From Balanoglossus misakiensis (taxonomy: Eukaryota > Animalia > Hemichordata): a stretch of DNA of 64,000 nt. This document shows positions 40,297 to 52,147 of the stretch, one piece after another. The stretch spans positions 10,342,564 through 10,406,563 of the forward strand of contig CM082585.2 of NCBI GenBank assembly GCA_040954595.2. Direction: 5' to 3'. A program made the translations under genes and the position numbers. Under the pieces are notes generated by a model. The model did no database searches. It was not told the origin of the DNA and saw only the letters and a program-made list of their open reading frames with translations. The first letter of the stretch is position 1; each line of letters starts with the position of its first letter.

Positions 40297-43200
40297 ATGG
40301 AATCAGTTGTTGATGAAGCTGTACAAAGAGGGGAAGGTGATGGTATTGATCAGCGACCAGGGGTATGTGTTATGCCAAAGGATGAACCTGCATCATCATC
40401 ATCATCATCGCCAAAACAGGACAAAGGTCGTAATACCATTGCGTTCAGAGTCAAGGTTAAAGTGAAAGGTATGTTTCTAGGACAGGTACCCCCAGGAATT
40501 TACCCACAAGTCTCGCGGTCTCAGCCCAGTCTCGATTCTCGCCCAAACTGCAGTGGGTCATGGCAGTGGCTAGGCTGGGGGTAATGGCCAGGGGGTGACC
40601 ATCCTAATACCAGAGGGTATCCTTGGTGCTTAATAGTCCAGCACCTATCTTGCCTTTTGCTTGGAACATTAAGGGACAGCATTTCATTAAAAGTTCTGGA
40701 GTTTTGAATGACTTGAGCATGGCATGACTAGTAGTGTAATTTTAAAGGCCAGAAGTGTGCTGCAAGTTTCAGAAGTTGGGTCTTCCCTCGTGAAAAATTC
40801 AATCAAAATATCATCAAACGAAGGTAACATCATCATTTCAAAATATATAAAGATTGTTTCCGATCTGACATGACGTGGTGTCTCCATTACAGGATGTCCT
40901 GTTGATATCATCAAATGTGAGGAAATCTCTCAGGGGGTGCCACAGTATGAATTGCTGTGGAATGGAGGAGATGATCAGCTGAAGTCGATTTTGAAGTGGT
41001 TTCAGGTATGTTGCTGTCCGGTAATACCGTTGCTAATCAATTCTGATACCAAATACGACTGCTTGTTTCCAAACTGTTTTGCGGTCCGCCAAACAACATG
41101 ATTTTTCAGTGCAAACCAATCATGTTTCGGTGTTTCCACTAACTTTCCTCTGAACAGCCGCATAGGGGACAGTAATAGTCCCACGGCTACTGGTTTGACA
41201 GCTTTGACGAGCATCTGTTGTCTCTGGAATTTTTTTTTTACATTTAGGATGAAGTAAAGCCACTTGATCCTGCAGCATTGCTTGCATTCAGCAGCATGTC
41301 GTCACAGGGGAGAGCAGAAATTCACAACGTTGCCAGTAAATTCAACGTGTGGACAACCAGCCATGGTGTGAGAAACACGGTAAGATGACCTCAGACAGAC
41401 AAATGAGGTGGCTGACATGAAATAGAAACGCGAAGAAAAAATGGCTATTGAGTTTAGTTTTACCCAGAAATCGACTGAACGCTCACCTTGAGAGTATTCC
41501 TTTACATAAAGCCAATCCCATCTTTTTTGTCATTTCAGAGATCTGTGAGTGTTTATACCAACAAAGCTTACGTTCCATCCAAGAAAGGAAAGAGGATAAG
41601 GGAGATACGACAGGAAAGCAGAAGGATTCTACTCTGGATACGAGATAATTATGGAAATGTTCCAGCAGATAATCCTGTAATTATTCTTGTCTATTTTTAC
41701 GGAGTTTGAAATGTGCATAAGATGATCGTTGGTCTTTAACTCAAGTTGACATTATATATAGGGCAAGCCATCAATTTTATGTTATTTTTCAATATTTTTG
41801 AGCAGTACTCAAACAATGAGGTGTATGAAATGCTTGCAACAAGAACGATGACTGAAGATTTCAAAGAGATGTACGATGTCTACAAGCGAGCGTCTCAGAT
41901 CGGGCATAAAAAAACAGAAAAGAAAACACCCAAGAAAATGGATATTATGGATGGAGTTACTGGTAACTAGTGGCTTTTCACTTTATTGTCACTTTATGAA
42001 TTAAAAAAAAAGATAAATTCAGCACAGAAATATATCAAACTGCCCGTGTCTTAGAATTGGTATAGCGTTATTGTGGTACACAATGGCATTAGGTTCAAAG
42101 AGCAAATGGGCCCACTTTGAATATACATTAAGTTACGAAATTTCTTAATAATTACAATATATGTTGATTTCTTCAAGATATTGAGTTTGTCCAGCCAGAA
42201 GATGGTACAATGGGTCACTTTTTCATCAACAAACTGGCCTGTGATGCAGAAACGTAAGTTATGAAAGATTTTGGATGAAACGGACTGAAAGATGGTGATT
42301 TGAAGAAAGTTGAATGTCTGGGCAATTTCATGGTTAGACCTAGTCTCTCTGAGAGCCCGATGCTGTGGCTTCAGGATATGTTCATACAGTACAGTACCTG
42401 TTTCAGTTGTTTGTAACTCTCTCGTCTGCCGTATCATTTTGTTTCAGTTTGTTCGAGTTTCCCAACCTAGGTCTCACCAAAGTGATGAACTTTGACGAAC
42501 TCGTGCCATTGGAGGATCTGCAATCAGTTCTGATTACCACTGATGCATGGTTCAACAACTCGCACTACGTCAGTAAATATTTCCCGAAGTCTGTTGATGT
42601 CACCGTAGTTTGTCCATCGGTAAGTCCATGGTTACCCAGCCAACTGGATTGGACATGGTTTTTTTCTACAGTCGCAGATATGGGGGAGAAAGGAATAGTT
42701 CCAAACACTGCATGCGAAATCAATGAGAATGTTCCGTCTTAGTCTCAAATATTTTTTCTTACCAACCAAACCAACTTTTTTTCTTGCAGCGTTTCAAGTT
42801 GCAACAACCAATCAAAAAGACCCTGATTGACTGCCCTGAACATCGCCGTGACTACACCAAATTATCTGACGTCACTGGAGAGTTGCGGGACGTGGAATGC
42901 GGTTGCCCAGAGACGAGACGCATCATGCTCATCCACCCAAAGGAGAAAGTGAATGCCAAGTTGATGATAGCGAGGTAAGGTAATGTTAACCTGTGAGGCT
43001 GTGCAGATCACATAAAACACAAAAAACAGACGTGGTTTCCACATAGATAGTTCTCTGGGTCCAGAAATGCCTTTTTGTACTGTTTTGTTATTATTCTCTC
43101 ATTATTATATTTCAGATACAGTTCACATGCCCATATTGCGATTGGTTCAGCCTCGTTTGACAATGTGTCCTGGGAAAAAGTTGGACAATTTGGATGGTTT

Positions 43201-46200
43201 TGTGATCTTCCCATGGATACTGTTGCAACAAGTGACAAGATTGAGAACTGTAAGTGAGGGGGGAAATACAAAAGTTTGAAAAAAAACTTGCATAATGCAA
43301 CATTCTACTGCGAATACTGGGAAACTGTGCTAAATTACATGAATTCAGATTTAATTGCGAGTGTTTTAATTCACTCTTCATCTTCTTAACCAGGTGATGT
43401 TGGTTTTGGCAGAACCCTTCTGAATTTCCTGGCTTGTCTCTGTCCTGATCTTATTGAGTTCCTGCAAGGGATCGTGCTATCCCGTCTCTCTCCGACTGTG
43501 CAACTTGTTTCGTCCGTTCCGGGTGCTTTTCCAGTGCGAGGTTTGTACGGACATCACTATGGATTTTCAAAGCTTGGAGCATTACTTCACAAGATACCAT
43601 GGCCAAAGGGAAGCAAACCAGCTGTGAGTACTTTTCTAGTTTAGACTCTGTTTTATGAGAGCTGTCTTATCTCCAAACTTTCAATATTTTAGCAATTCAA
43701 AAATTCTTTCTTTTCAGCTGCTGTACCAGACACCAGTCGTTGGCTACGAGAGAAGACTGTTCTCATTGCTGACTTTACTGAACAATATGTTTGACACCAA
43801 GTACTTCACAGAGGTTGACATGAGGAAACCCTGGGATTGGCTTCACTCCAAGTTGGACAGGGACACTCTCAAGGTGAGTGTGAAGTTAATTTCTGGGTAA
43901 AAAAGCCAGCGCCTTTTTCATCCAGCCATTTTTCTTCATGTTTCTAATTTATGTCAGCCACCTTAATGGACATAAAACCATAGCTCGATCACTGGTTGTC
44001 TACCCAGCATGCACCCCCACCATTGGTAAATTGGAAAAGTCTGGGTGGTAGATGTCCAGAGATACCCTTATCACAGCTTTTAGGTTAAGTCTCCTCTATT
44101 TTTCTTCAGATTTTGTTTCCATGTGTCAGTCACTCAGGCCAAGTCACCACGAAATACCAGTTTACAGAGGGACTGAGAAACCTCTCACATGGCAATGGGT
44201 ATGAACAATCAAATGACATGATAATCATATTGAATACATTTTGTACCATGATATTAGTGATGATGATGAGATGATGATGTTGATGTTGACAAACACATTT
44301 TTCTCATTTACAAAATATGACATTCTAAAAATGTTCTTTTTGGATTTGTCCTGGTTCACGTAGCCTAATAGAGTTGAGACTATTCATGGCCGAGAATGAT
44401 GACCCTTTCTTTGGTAAAATCATATGGAATTCTAGGGTGAGTCTGAAGTACTATTTTGTTTTGATGTGGATTGCTGATGTTTTCAGTGATGAAGATAGGA
44501 AAAAAGAAACTGATACTTTCTATCAACATTGTTACTTTGTCGGCAATGCTCTAATTTTCATTTTATAATGCAGATTGTTTGCAGGCTGTGCAATGTGAAG
44601 GATGCAGATCCCGATAAAGGTAAAGATGATTTTTTTCAGAAAAATAATGCAGGCATAATACGGTACTATAGACTTTTTTCTTATCCAGCATGCATTGCAG
44701 CAGGAAGTTAAGCAAGGGTGGCTTGTACACCTGGCTTATGTAGCAGAATAAGGTTGATGTGTTCATGTACGCACAAATATAGAAACATGAATGAAAAATT
44801 CCTGAAAGACTTCACTTGTATGGAATTTTCAGGCACCCATCGCTATGGTTGGCTGTTCGTTGGTAGTTACGATTTGAGCAACGACAATTGGGGTGAAGTC
44901 TTCAGTAACGGTCAATATATTCGATGTAGAAGCTATGAACTAGGAGTTCTGCATCGTCCATGTTTAGTGGATGACCCAATCAAAGGTCAGATTTTAATTA
45001 TTTTTATGCAAATGAAAAGAAAAATGTAAGGTTGATGTGTATAATCTCTTCCATATTGTGCCACTACCTAGAAATTTCTATTATTTGGCCATGATTTTTA
45101 CTGTTGTAACAAAATTTCTCTAAGACTGCTAGCAAGGAGTCTGTCATTGACAATGCCTCTAATTTTGTCTAATTTTTCATATAGGTACAAAGTATATAGC
45201 CCCGGACTTCGTGCACATAACATTGCCATTCAGGGAAGACCGTATCAAGTCCTACCCATGTGGCGCATACCCAGTGTCCCTTCTGCGAGAGCCACCAACT
45301 GGGCCTGTGTCAGAGGAACCCGACCATGCCAGTATCCTTATTGGTAGATTTGTGCCTGGGCAGTTTAACCAATCGCGGCACTTTATAAGGCCAGTGGCTG
45401 AACCGACCAATGAAGAAGAAGCAAAGTTCTTCAGGTTTGTTATCAAAATTGTAGTTTTAGTGAGGCAGCGACTTGAGAATTCAGAAGCACAGTGAGTTGT
45501 CAATTCTCGGGCATGTCGAAAAAATAGAATCCCAGAATTTACCATTTTTCTGTTTCATAGAGATCACGAAATGGCAAGGTGGAAATGTGATGTTTGGCAC
45601 TCTGGGCTGGTCAGCGTAAGTGATTATGTTATCCGGAATTTTCAAGCTGAATTCCACAAGCCACTGAGACCTGGAATGCTGCTAGCATTTATTGGCATGA
45701 AGAGGAACATCATCTGGAAATGTTACTGGGTACTGGACGTCTGTGAAACAAGGTAAGCCAGAATATAACTGAGGTGTTTTATCATTATTTAAGTTTTTTA
45801 GCTCCTGTATGGTATATGAATATATACCAGTGGGAGAGCTAAATTACATTTGGCATCGGTCTGCCTGTCCACTGCGAAAATGCAATGTTCTTCCAAGACA
45901 AATCTTTAACACAGTCTCTGTCTTGCAGAAGTGAGATGGTGTCAGTTGGTGATCAGAAGTCATTTGAAGACAATAAACCCAAGTCTTCTGCCTCTTTTGG
46001 TGGTAGCCATGGTGATGATGAGGTAAAAGGAGACTGGGACAAGAAAGTTCAAATTCCAAAGTAGGTAGCTCATGTTGGCTCATGGGATCAGTTGGTGTCT
46101 GTCAAAAGCTTCAGTGAAAGAAATTAAAATGTATTCTTGGGTATGTGAAACTGTTTAGATGGTTTTGTGAAAACTAATGTTTTCTTCCATTTGGTGGAAA

Positions 46201-46451
46201 CTTCTCTCAACAGGATAAAGTTCTATGGTATGAAAGTGATTGGATTGGATGTAGATGCTCGTACATTGACAAAGCCACGGGTCATGCCAAAGTTGGTCCG
46301 TCCGGAACCTCGGGATGCCTACATCAAGAGACTTCTCTCTGACGTGTACGGCATCAATACCAACAAGAGGGAATCACTCCGTGGACCGACCAGCATCCAT
46401 TACCGGAAATGTGTCCTGAAAGCCACAAAGAAGAGATTCCTGATAACCTAA
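40297..46451 (+). CDS. Uncharacterised ~945-aa multidomain protein: R3H domain, catalytically degenerate TDP1-like (PLD superfamily) domain, possible OB-fold C-terminus; 19 coding exons
   Basis: Exons 40297-40468, 40893-41005, 41248-41379, 41539-41676, 41806-41962, 42178-42253, 42448-42619, 42790-42974, 43116-43249, 43394-43623, 43718-43873, 44110-44198, 44364-44436, 44574-44619, 44833-44985, 45185-45434, 45561-45752, 45929-46060, 46214-46451 are all GT-AG, phase-consistent and stop-free (2838 nt). R3H: FSSMSSQGRAEIHNVASKFNVWTTSHGVRNTRSVSVY. TDP1-like blocks: NAKLMIARY..HIAIGSASF...W..VGQFGWFCDLP, FGRTLLNFL, VQLVSSVPG, YGFSKLGALL, ILFP, GWLFVGSYDLSNDNWG, IRCRSYELGVL. AATAAA at ~46749. Confidence 0.82.
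40474..40610. mobile_element. Degenerate MITE-like remnant in the first coding intron of the R3H/TDP1-like gene
   Basis: Left TTCTAGGACAGGTACCCCCAGGAATTTACCC is an imperfect inverted match to right GGGGGTAATGGCCAGGGGGTGACCATCCTAATACC; no clear TSD. Confidence 0.35.
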
Positions 46452-46997
46452 CTTTTGAACTCCGACCTTTGAACCTACGAGGACTGTGGAAAAAAAAAAC
46501 TTTATTATAGATAGTCCAGGTTTTTCTGTTTTGCTTGAGCAGAATTTCACCAGTTAGTTTAACTATTGCTGTAGAATTTGGTTTCCCTTCTGACAAAGAA
46601 CAAGCGTTTTGTATGGTAAAATTGGATCTGTATACAGGATAATAGGGGTGAAAGGGTTAAAAGTCTGAGACGACCAAGGCAGAGAAGGAGGATGGGGTAG
46701 AGGTAGCGCACTTAGGCCTTAGATTTCTTTTGAGTTTGTGACGTTCCAAATAAAAGTAATGCAAACATCACCATTGTCTTTTACTTAACAGCTATTTCCA
46801 CCCTTTTTTCGCTTGCATTAACACTTGTAATTTATTAGCTGAACTTTTGTGCAAGAATTAAGGCCCATTTTAATTTAAAAAGTGCACTGACTTGGTCTCA
46901 AAATGGTTTGGACCCCTCAACATGCTAATTAAATGCTGATTGGAAAATTGCGCCCTCAATGTCAGCATAGAAAAGAATTACAAACACACAAACCAAG

Positions 46998-48604
46998 ATG
47001 GAGTCTGTTATTGGCGATCGCATGGTCGAACTTTCGTCATACAGAGACCAACATTTTAAGGTAAAGATGAGTTGATATATTTATATGCTTGAGATAGAGA
47101 GTGGCCGAGTTTCACCTTCCTTTCGGCCATGGCAATAGGTTTGGCCTTTGCTTTTGAGGCGCGCAAGCTCAAGGGACTGGGATTACAAAATACAACAACA
47201 AAGCCAGTTACCCCAGTGTGTTTTAGATAGACACTCTGTGTGTGAGTTAGCTGCAATGATTGTAGCGGGTGCTGCTAAATTGACTGGTGTGTTCGCAGCA
47301 GTCAACCTAGCAGCACCCGCTACAATCATTGCAGCTATGTGTGAGTCTATCTAAGGCACACTGACTGGGGTATGGATACTAGGCTACACTAGCCACCACC
47401 TACATGTAACCTGACCAAGTTCAGTTGTTTAATAGAAGAAGGGAGACTGCGGTGCTCCATTGTGCTGCATAGACTCTGACAACTCTATGCTCATAGATCT
47501 GATTAGAGAAAAATTCTCCGGGTCAAATATTCTTACTTTAGTTTCATTTTCCTCTTTCCAGGGAACACTAGGAACCCAGGAGCGTCTTTTAAAGAATAGC
47601 ACAACGCTCTACGTGGGAAATCTATCATTTTACACCACAGAAGAACAGATCCATGAGCTCTTTGCAAAAGGTGGCGACTTAAAGCGGATTGTTATGGGCC
47701 TGGACAAAATGAAGAAAACGCCTTGTGGCTTTTGTTTTGTTGAGTATCCTTTGATTTAAAAAAATGAACACAATGTTGAAAGGATTTCAGATAGTCTAAC
47801 TCTAAAAAAAATTAAAACAAATTTCTTTTGAGGTACCGGGATACCTATACAATCAAGTAGAATTATCCACCTTGTCTGTAGCAAATGTGTATAAAGAAAT
47901 GGGCACACCACTAGCAGCTTAACAAAATGATCAGATATTACCTTCGGAATGATGCTGAAAATGCGATGAGATACATCAATGGGACCAGGTTAGATGACAG
48001 GATTGTGAGGACAGACTGGGATGCTGGCTTTGTTGAAGGGCGGCAATATGGCCGAGGCAAAAGTGGTGGCCAGGTAAGAGAGTGACCTGTCTTGAATTGT
48101 GGTCAGTGCGGGCATTGTTGCCAGGAGAGGTGGTATAAAAGATGATGTTTGAACATTTTCACCTTTTTTGTCATTACGCTTCAGCTGAGATCAAACTAGA
48201 AACTGTAGTAGACACTCAAAAAACATAAATACAGAATAAGTAACTAATACAGTCAAACCTGTGTTAGTGACCACCTCTATATAGTGACCACCTCTATATA
48301 GTGGCCACTTAGTTACAGTCCCTGTACAATTTACACGTGTATAAATTAACCTGTCTATAAAGACCACCTGTCTATAAAGGCCAGTTTGGTAAAGTCCCTT
48401 GACTGGCCACTATAGACAGGTTTGACTGTAATAAGATCTGTAAGATAACAAATCTAATGACTTGTTTGGAAATTTGTCTCATTTCAGGTTCGAGATGAAT
48501 ACAGAACAGACTACGACAGTGGCCGGGGTGGATATGGCAAAGCCGCACTCAAACAACAACAAGCAACTGGAGTGACACAAATTCATCCATGGGGGTACGC
48601 ATAA
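46998..48604 (+). CDS. NCBP2: Nuclear cap-binding protein subunit 2 (CBP20); exons 46998-47060, 47562-47743, 47935-48073, 48488-48604
   Basis: [95 protein letters not shown] closely match CBP20. Confidence 0.97.
47248..47337. repeat. 39-bp-arm hairpin with 12-nt loop in NCBP2 intron 1
   Basis: 47248-47286 pairs with 47299-47337 at 37 of 39 positions. Confidence 0.9.
47744..47934 (+). other. U12-type (minor spliceosome) GT-AG intron in NCBP2
   Basis: 5' splice site GTATCCTTT; branch-like GCTTAAC at 47917-47923, 11 nt before the end of the intron; no polypyrimidine tract; removal restores FCFVE-YY. Confidence 0.9.
48250..48428. mobile_element. Tc1/mariner-pogo-type MITE in NCBP2 intron 3
   Basis: TIR CAGTCAAACCTGT...ACAGGTTTGACTG, TA on both flanks (48248-48249, 48429-48430), internal ~17-bp subrepeats CTATATAGTGACCACCT resembling the TIR interior. 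Confidence 0.88.
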
Positions 48605-49753
48605 TCTAACCAAATTTTAGTCGTCCACACCCTTACACCCCATTCATCTGGTGAACCATTTTGATGTGGTGAAAGGGTATGGTGTACCTATACTGTCTGT
48701 GTCAGAATGTGTGAATTATTTTTGAGATTCCTTATAAAAGTACAGCATTGCAAGAAAAGTATGACCTATGCATAAGCTATTCTAATCTAAAATAGTTACT
48801 TGTACAGTAAAAGTCAAGTTTTAATAGACTGTCTTCAGTGGGGAAGTGTATTACCACAGTAGTGACTGCGCAGTCACTCGCCTCACAATCAAGCTAGTGT
48901 TGTGATGTTGAATATTGTCTCCTGCGCCTAAGTAAGTATTATGTCTTGCATGGATAGAACCAGGATGCATATGCCCCCTTATCTTGGCAAAGAGTGCTCA
49001 TATCATGCTTGTGGTACACCCAGCATCAACACCAATACTTTGATTTGATTGCAGAAAGTGGAACAAGTAGCACAGAGGTACATTGAGTATCGAAGATATA
49101 TTCTATTTTATAAATATTCCTGAAGAAGTTCAGTCAATCAAAGTTAACAGAAAGATTCCAAATTGACATCTACTATTTTGGCATGTTTGTTAATTTTTCT
49201 TCTGTGCTATGCCATTTGGTTGAAGTGAGAAAAATGTATTGACTCTGAACATTTTGTCCCTCCATCTTGTCACCCTGTCACCCCCATTTCCTAATGTACA
49301 AGTCTGACTGTACCATTGGAAATAGTTGGGCCGTAGCAAATGGTGGTTGTGAAAGGGTGACTTGTTCCTGTTTATTTCAGCTGGGTTTGTCACTTTATTA
49401 TTATTTTTTTCTTCGTTGAGACTTGCCTGCACGTGGCTTGCTCATGAAAGGTGTCTACTTTGCGGCAGCCACCTCCAATTTTGTTGCTATGTAGCTCACA
49501 ATTGGCCATTTCCAAGACCCCTATGTACTTCTATGGTAACCTTACATCCTCATACTTCCTTCAGTATGAATCCATCAGTCTGATGAAAAATTTGAAAGCG
49601 AGACGGTTGGTGTTTTGGATGCTTGCACATGTAGAAGTATTTGTGTGTTTGGAAATGTTTAATATTTATTTGCAGGCAATTGGAGTGTGTCCCCAAATAT
49701 AAAGTATAGTAAGTGGTCTATAGCAGTTATCAAAAAACCAACCTGTCTTTCAA

Positions 49754-49829
49754 CCCTTTCACTCTGTATAGAGGTCCAAATTTACCATAGAAAACAATGG
49801 ATTTGGACCAAACCATGGTGGTGAAAGGG
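49754..49829 (-). mobile_element. Copy of short piggyBac-like MITE family (CCCTTTCACC...GGTGAAAGGG)
   Basis: Reverse-complement similarity to the copy at 54295-54383; inverted ends CCCTTTCAC / GTGAAAGGG. Confidence 0.65.
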
Positions 49830-50535
49830 CTGCTTGGAACCCTTTTATGAACCGTGTTGTAGTATTTCCTTTCTCAGGTACAATAGAGACTAGAAGAGAG
49901 AATGACCTGTGGTGGCGCTCTACTTCCCCCTGGGCGTAGTGGAGTGAAGGTGCACTGGCCTGTTTTTGGACATACATTGTGAATCTAAGACATTCAAGCT
50001 TGTGAAAGAATAGAAAATCATCAGCGTATTCAGATTCTAGGTCTTATACAGGGATATGTGAAATCTCGATATATTTGTGTAACTTTTGATCAGTTTTGTA
50101 GTATTTCTGTTATTGTAGATGACCACACTCATCAGCAAGAACATTGAAATTGAACTTGTCAGTGTATGAAACTTCAATACTTGCATCAGTTGTCGGTTTG
50201 AGAGCAGAAACATCAAACCATTAAGTGAAGGATTATTTTAGAGGATGTGCTGTTAGATTTTATGAGTTAGATATGTGTAGTGACTAGTCTTAGTATCAGA
50301 TGTCGTCAAATAAACTATGTGTACTTTTCGTATAGAAGATGACTGGTGTCTGTGTGTGAATAATGGGTGTGTTCTCATTGGGAATGTTGTCCTAAATCAC
50401 CCAAGATCTTGCAAATTACCAATTATTGTCATACTGAACTTTATTGATGGAATAACGTCACCTCAGACACGGGTTGCAAGAAATGCAACTGTTGCAATTT
50501 ACATCATGTTGAATTTAAAGTTAATTGTACATTTA

Positions 50536-52147
50536 CTATATTTGTTTCGCCCCTTTCTTGCTTGGGGTCGTGTACCGACTTCTCAAGTCTCTGGTGAAAA
50601 TATACTCCGGCTTGACCATATTTACGCACACGGCGTTTTTCTTGGCGCTATCTTTCAGCTTGTATGCGACGGCCCGGCTGTTAGCAGGGCTCCAAACGTT
50701 CGGGTTTTCGTTCAAAATCTCGTCGACGCACTCTCCGTACAACTTCTCGTTTAATTCGCGTAATCTCATGACTTCTCGTCGCATGTTTTGCTTGCCGTAT
50801 TGATTAATCAAGCACAGCGTTTTCTCTCGGAAATATTGGTAAAGTTTGGCATCGCCCGCGTTCCATCGCAACACGTGACTGTCAAGACCCTCCGCTCCCG
50901 TGTCCGTGAACTGCGACGCCGCACTTCGGACGTTGTGCTCGAAATATGCCACGTCATGCATATCAAGGCATAGGAACTTTCTCAGCAAAATGAGTGATTC
51001 GTCGAAATATTCGCTCAGGATGACGAAATCAAATTTCTTGTCTAAATATTGCACATATTTCTCAATCTGTCGCAAGTACATCATTTCCTGTGGCGGTATA
51101 CCCAAGTCGTACAGCATGGGGTTCCTGGCCCATTTGCGGAGATGTTCGGACTGCAGATTGAAGTATTTCTCCGGCCTCTCGATGAAATTTTTGAAGGAGG
51201 ATTGAAAGCTGTTGCCGGGGACCCTGAAGAGCTTGTCCAGCTGTGCATGCGTGAAGACGGACTCGAAATGCGTGGTGGGATCGCGAAGTATCGTGATGTA
51301 CGCTGCATCCTCGGGAATAACAGAAGAAAAACCTGGAAGAAAAATTAAATATGACTTTTAAAGAAAAGATCTTTTTGATAAGATGTAGGTGAAATTGCAA
51401 CAACAAACGAACATACCTATTTCGCTAAATCTTGCGTAGTGACAAAGAATATTAAAACTCTCTGGTGTGTTGTTGCTCTTCATCATTTGTGATCTCTGGA
51501 ATGGTATCCCGGAGACGCCGGCGAACTGTATCCCAGACGACGGCAATACAAACTTCAAGCCGTGTTTCTCGCCGTATCGGAATAACAGGTTCTGTACGGT
51601 GCTGCTTCCCGTGCGGCGGGTTTTTAGAAAGAGAATGTTTTTCTTCAGTTGGCAAGGTTTGCGGCTTCGCAGCCATTTTGGAGGTGGCGAGCAGTCGTCG
51701 AGAATACCGTTCATATCGGAGGTTGGAGGTTGGCCGTCTATTCCATCAGTTTCGTTGGGGGACATCCGCGTGTTGCGTGCTTGTAAAACCCCGGTAAAAG
51801 ATGTGTTGTGAACGTTGTTTGAAATGATTGTATTAACCGCGGATCCATGTTGATTCCCTCTGTCAAACCACCTGTAGAATAAAGAAAACATAATATCAAT
51901 CTAGGGAGGGGATACTGCATTTACTTTATCTGGGTAACGAAAGAATGAAGTTCATTAATAGCTCAAACAGGATAGTGCATTTTGTTCCCTCTTGTCCCCA
52001 AAGTTACCTGCTTGACTTGTCTCGGCTCTCAAAGACACGGTGGTTGCTTGCACTCGACAGAAGTGTGGGGAAACAACAGATGACAGAAAAAATCAACAGG
52101 AGTGCCAGTAATATGCTGTATAAACGTCTCCTCTGATGACGTAGCAT
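50536..52147 (-). CDS. Galactose-3-O-sulfotransferase (GAL3ST family) type II Golgi membrane protein; exons 52147-52008, 51871-51417, 51332-50536
   Basis: Basic N-terminus then signal anchor (MLRHQRRRLYSILLALLLIFSVICCF); ILFLKTRRTGSSTVQNLLFRYGEKHGLKFVLP; FNILCHYARF; YITILRDPTTHFESVF; NPMLYDLG; FDFVILSEYFDESLILLRKFLC; WNAGDAKLYQYF. Confidence 0.88.

Noticed and set aside
40297-46451. Calling this gene canonical TDP1 or a pseudogene
   Set aside because: Both catalytic histidines appear absent and extra domains are present, so the TDP1 symbol is not justified; all 19 exons remain in frame with intact splice sites, so it is not a decayed pseudogene.
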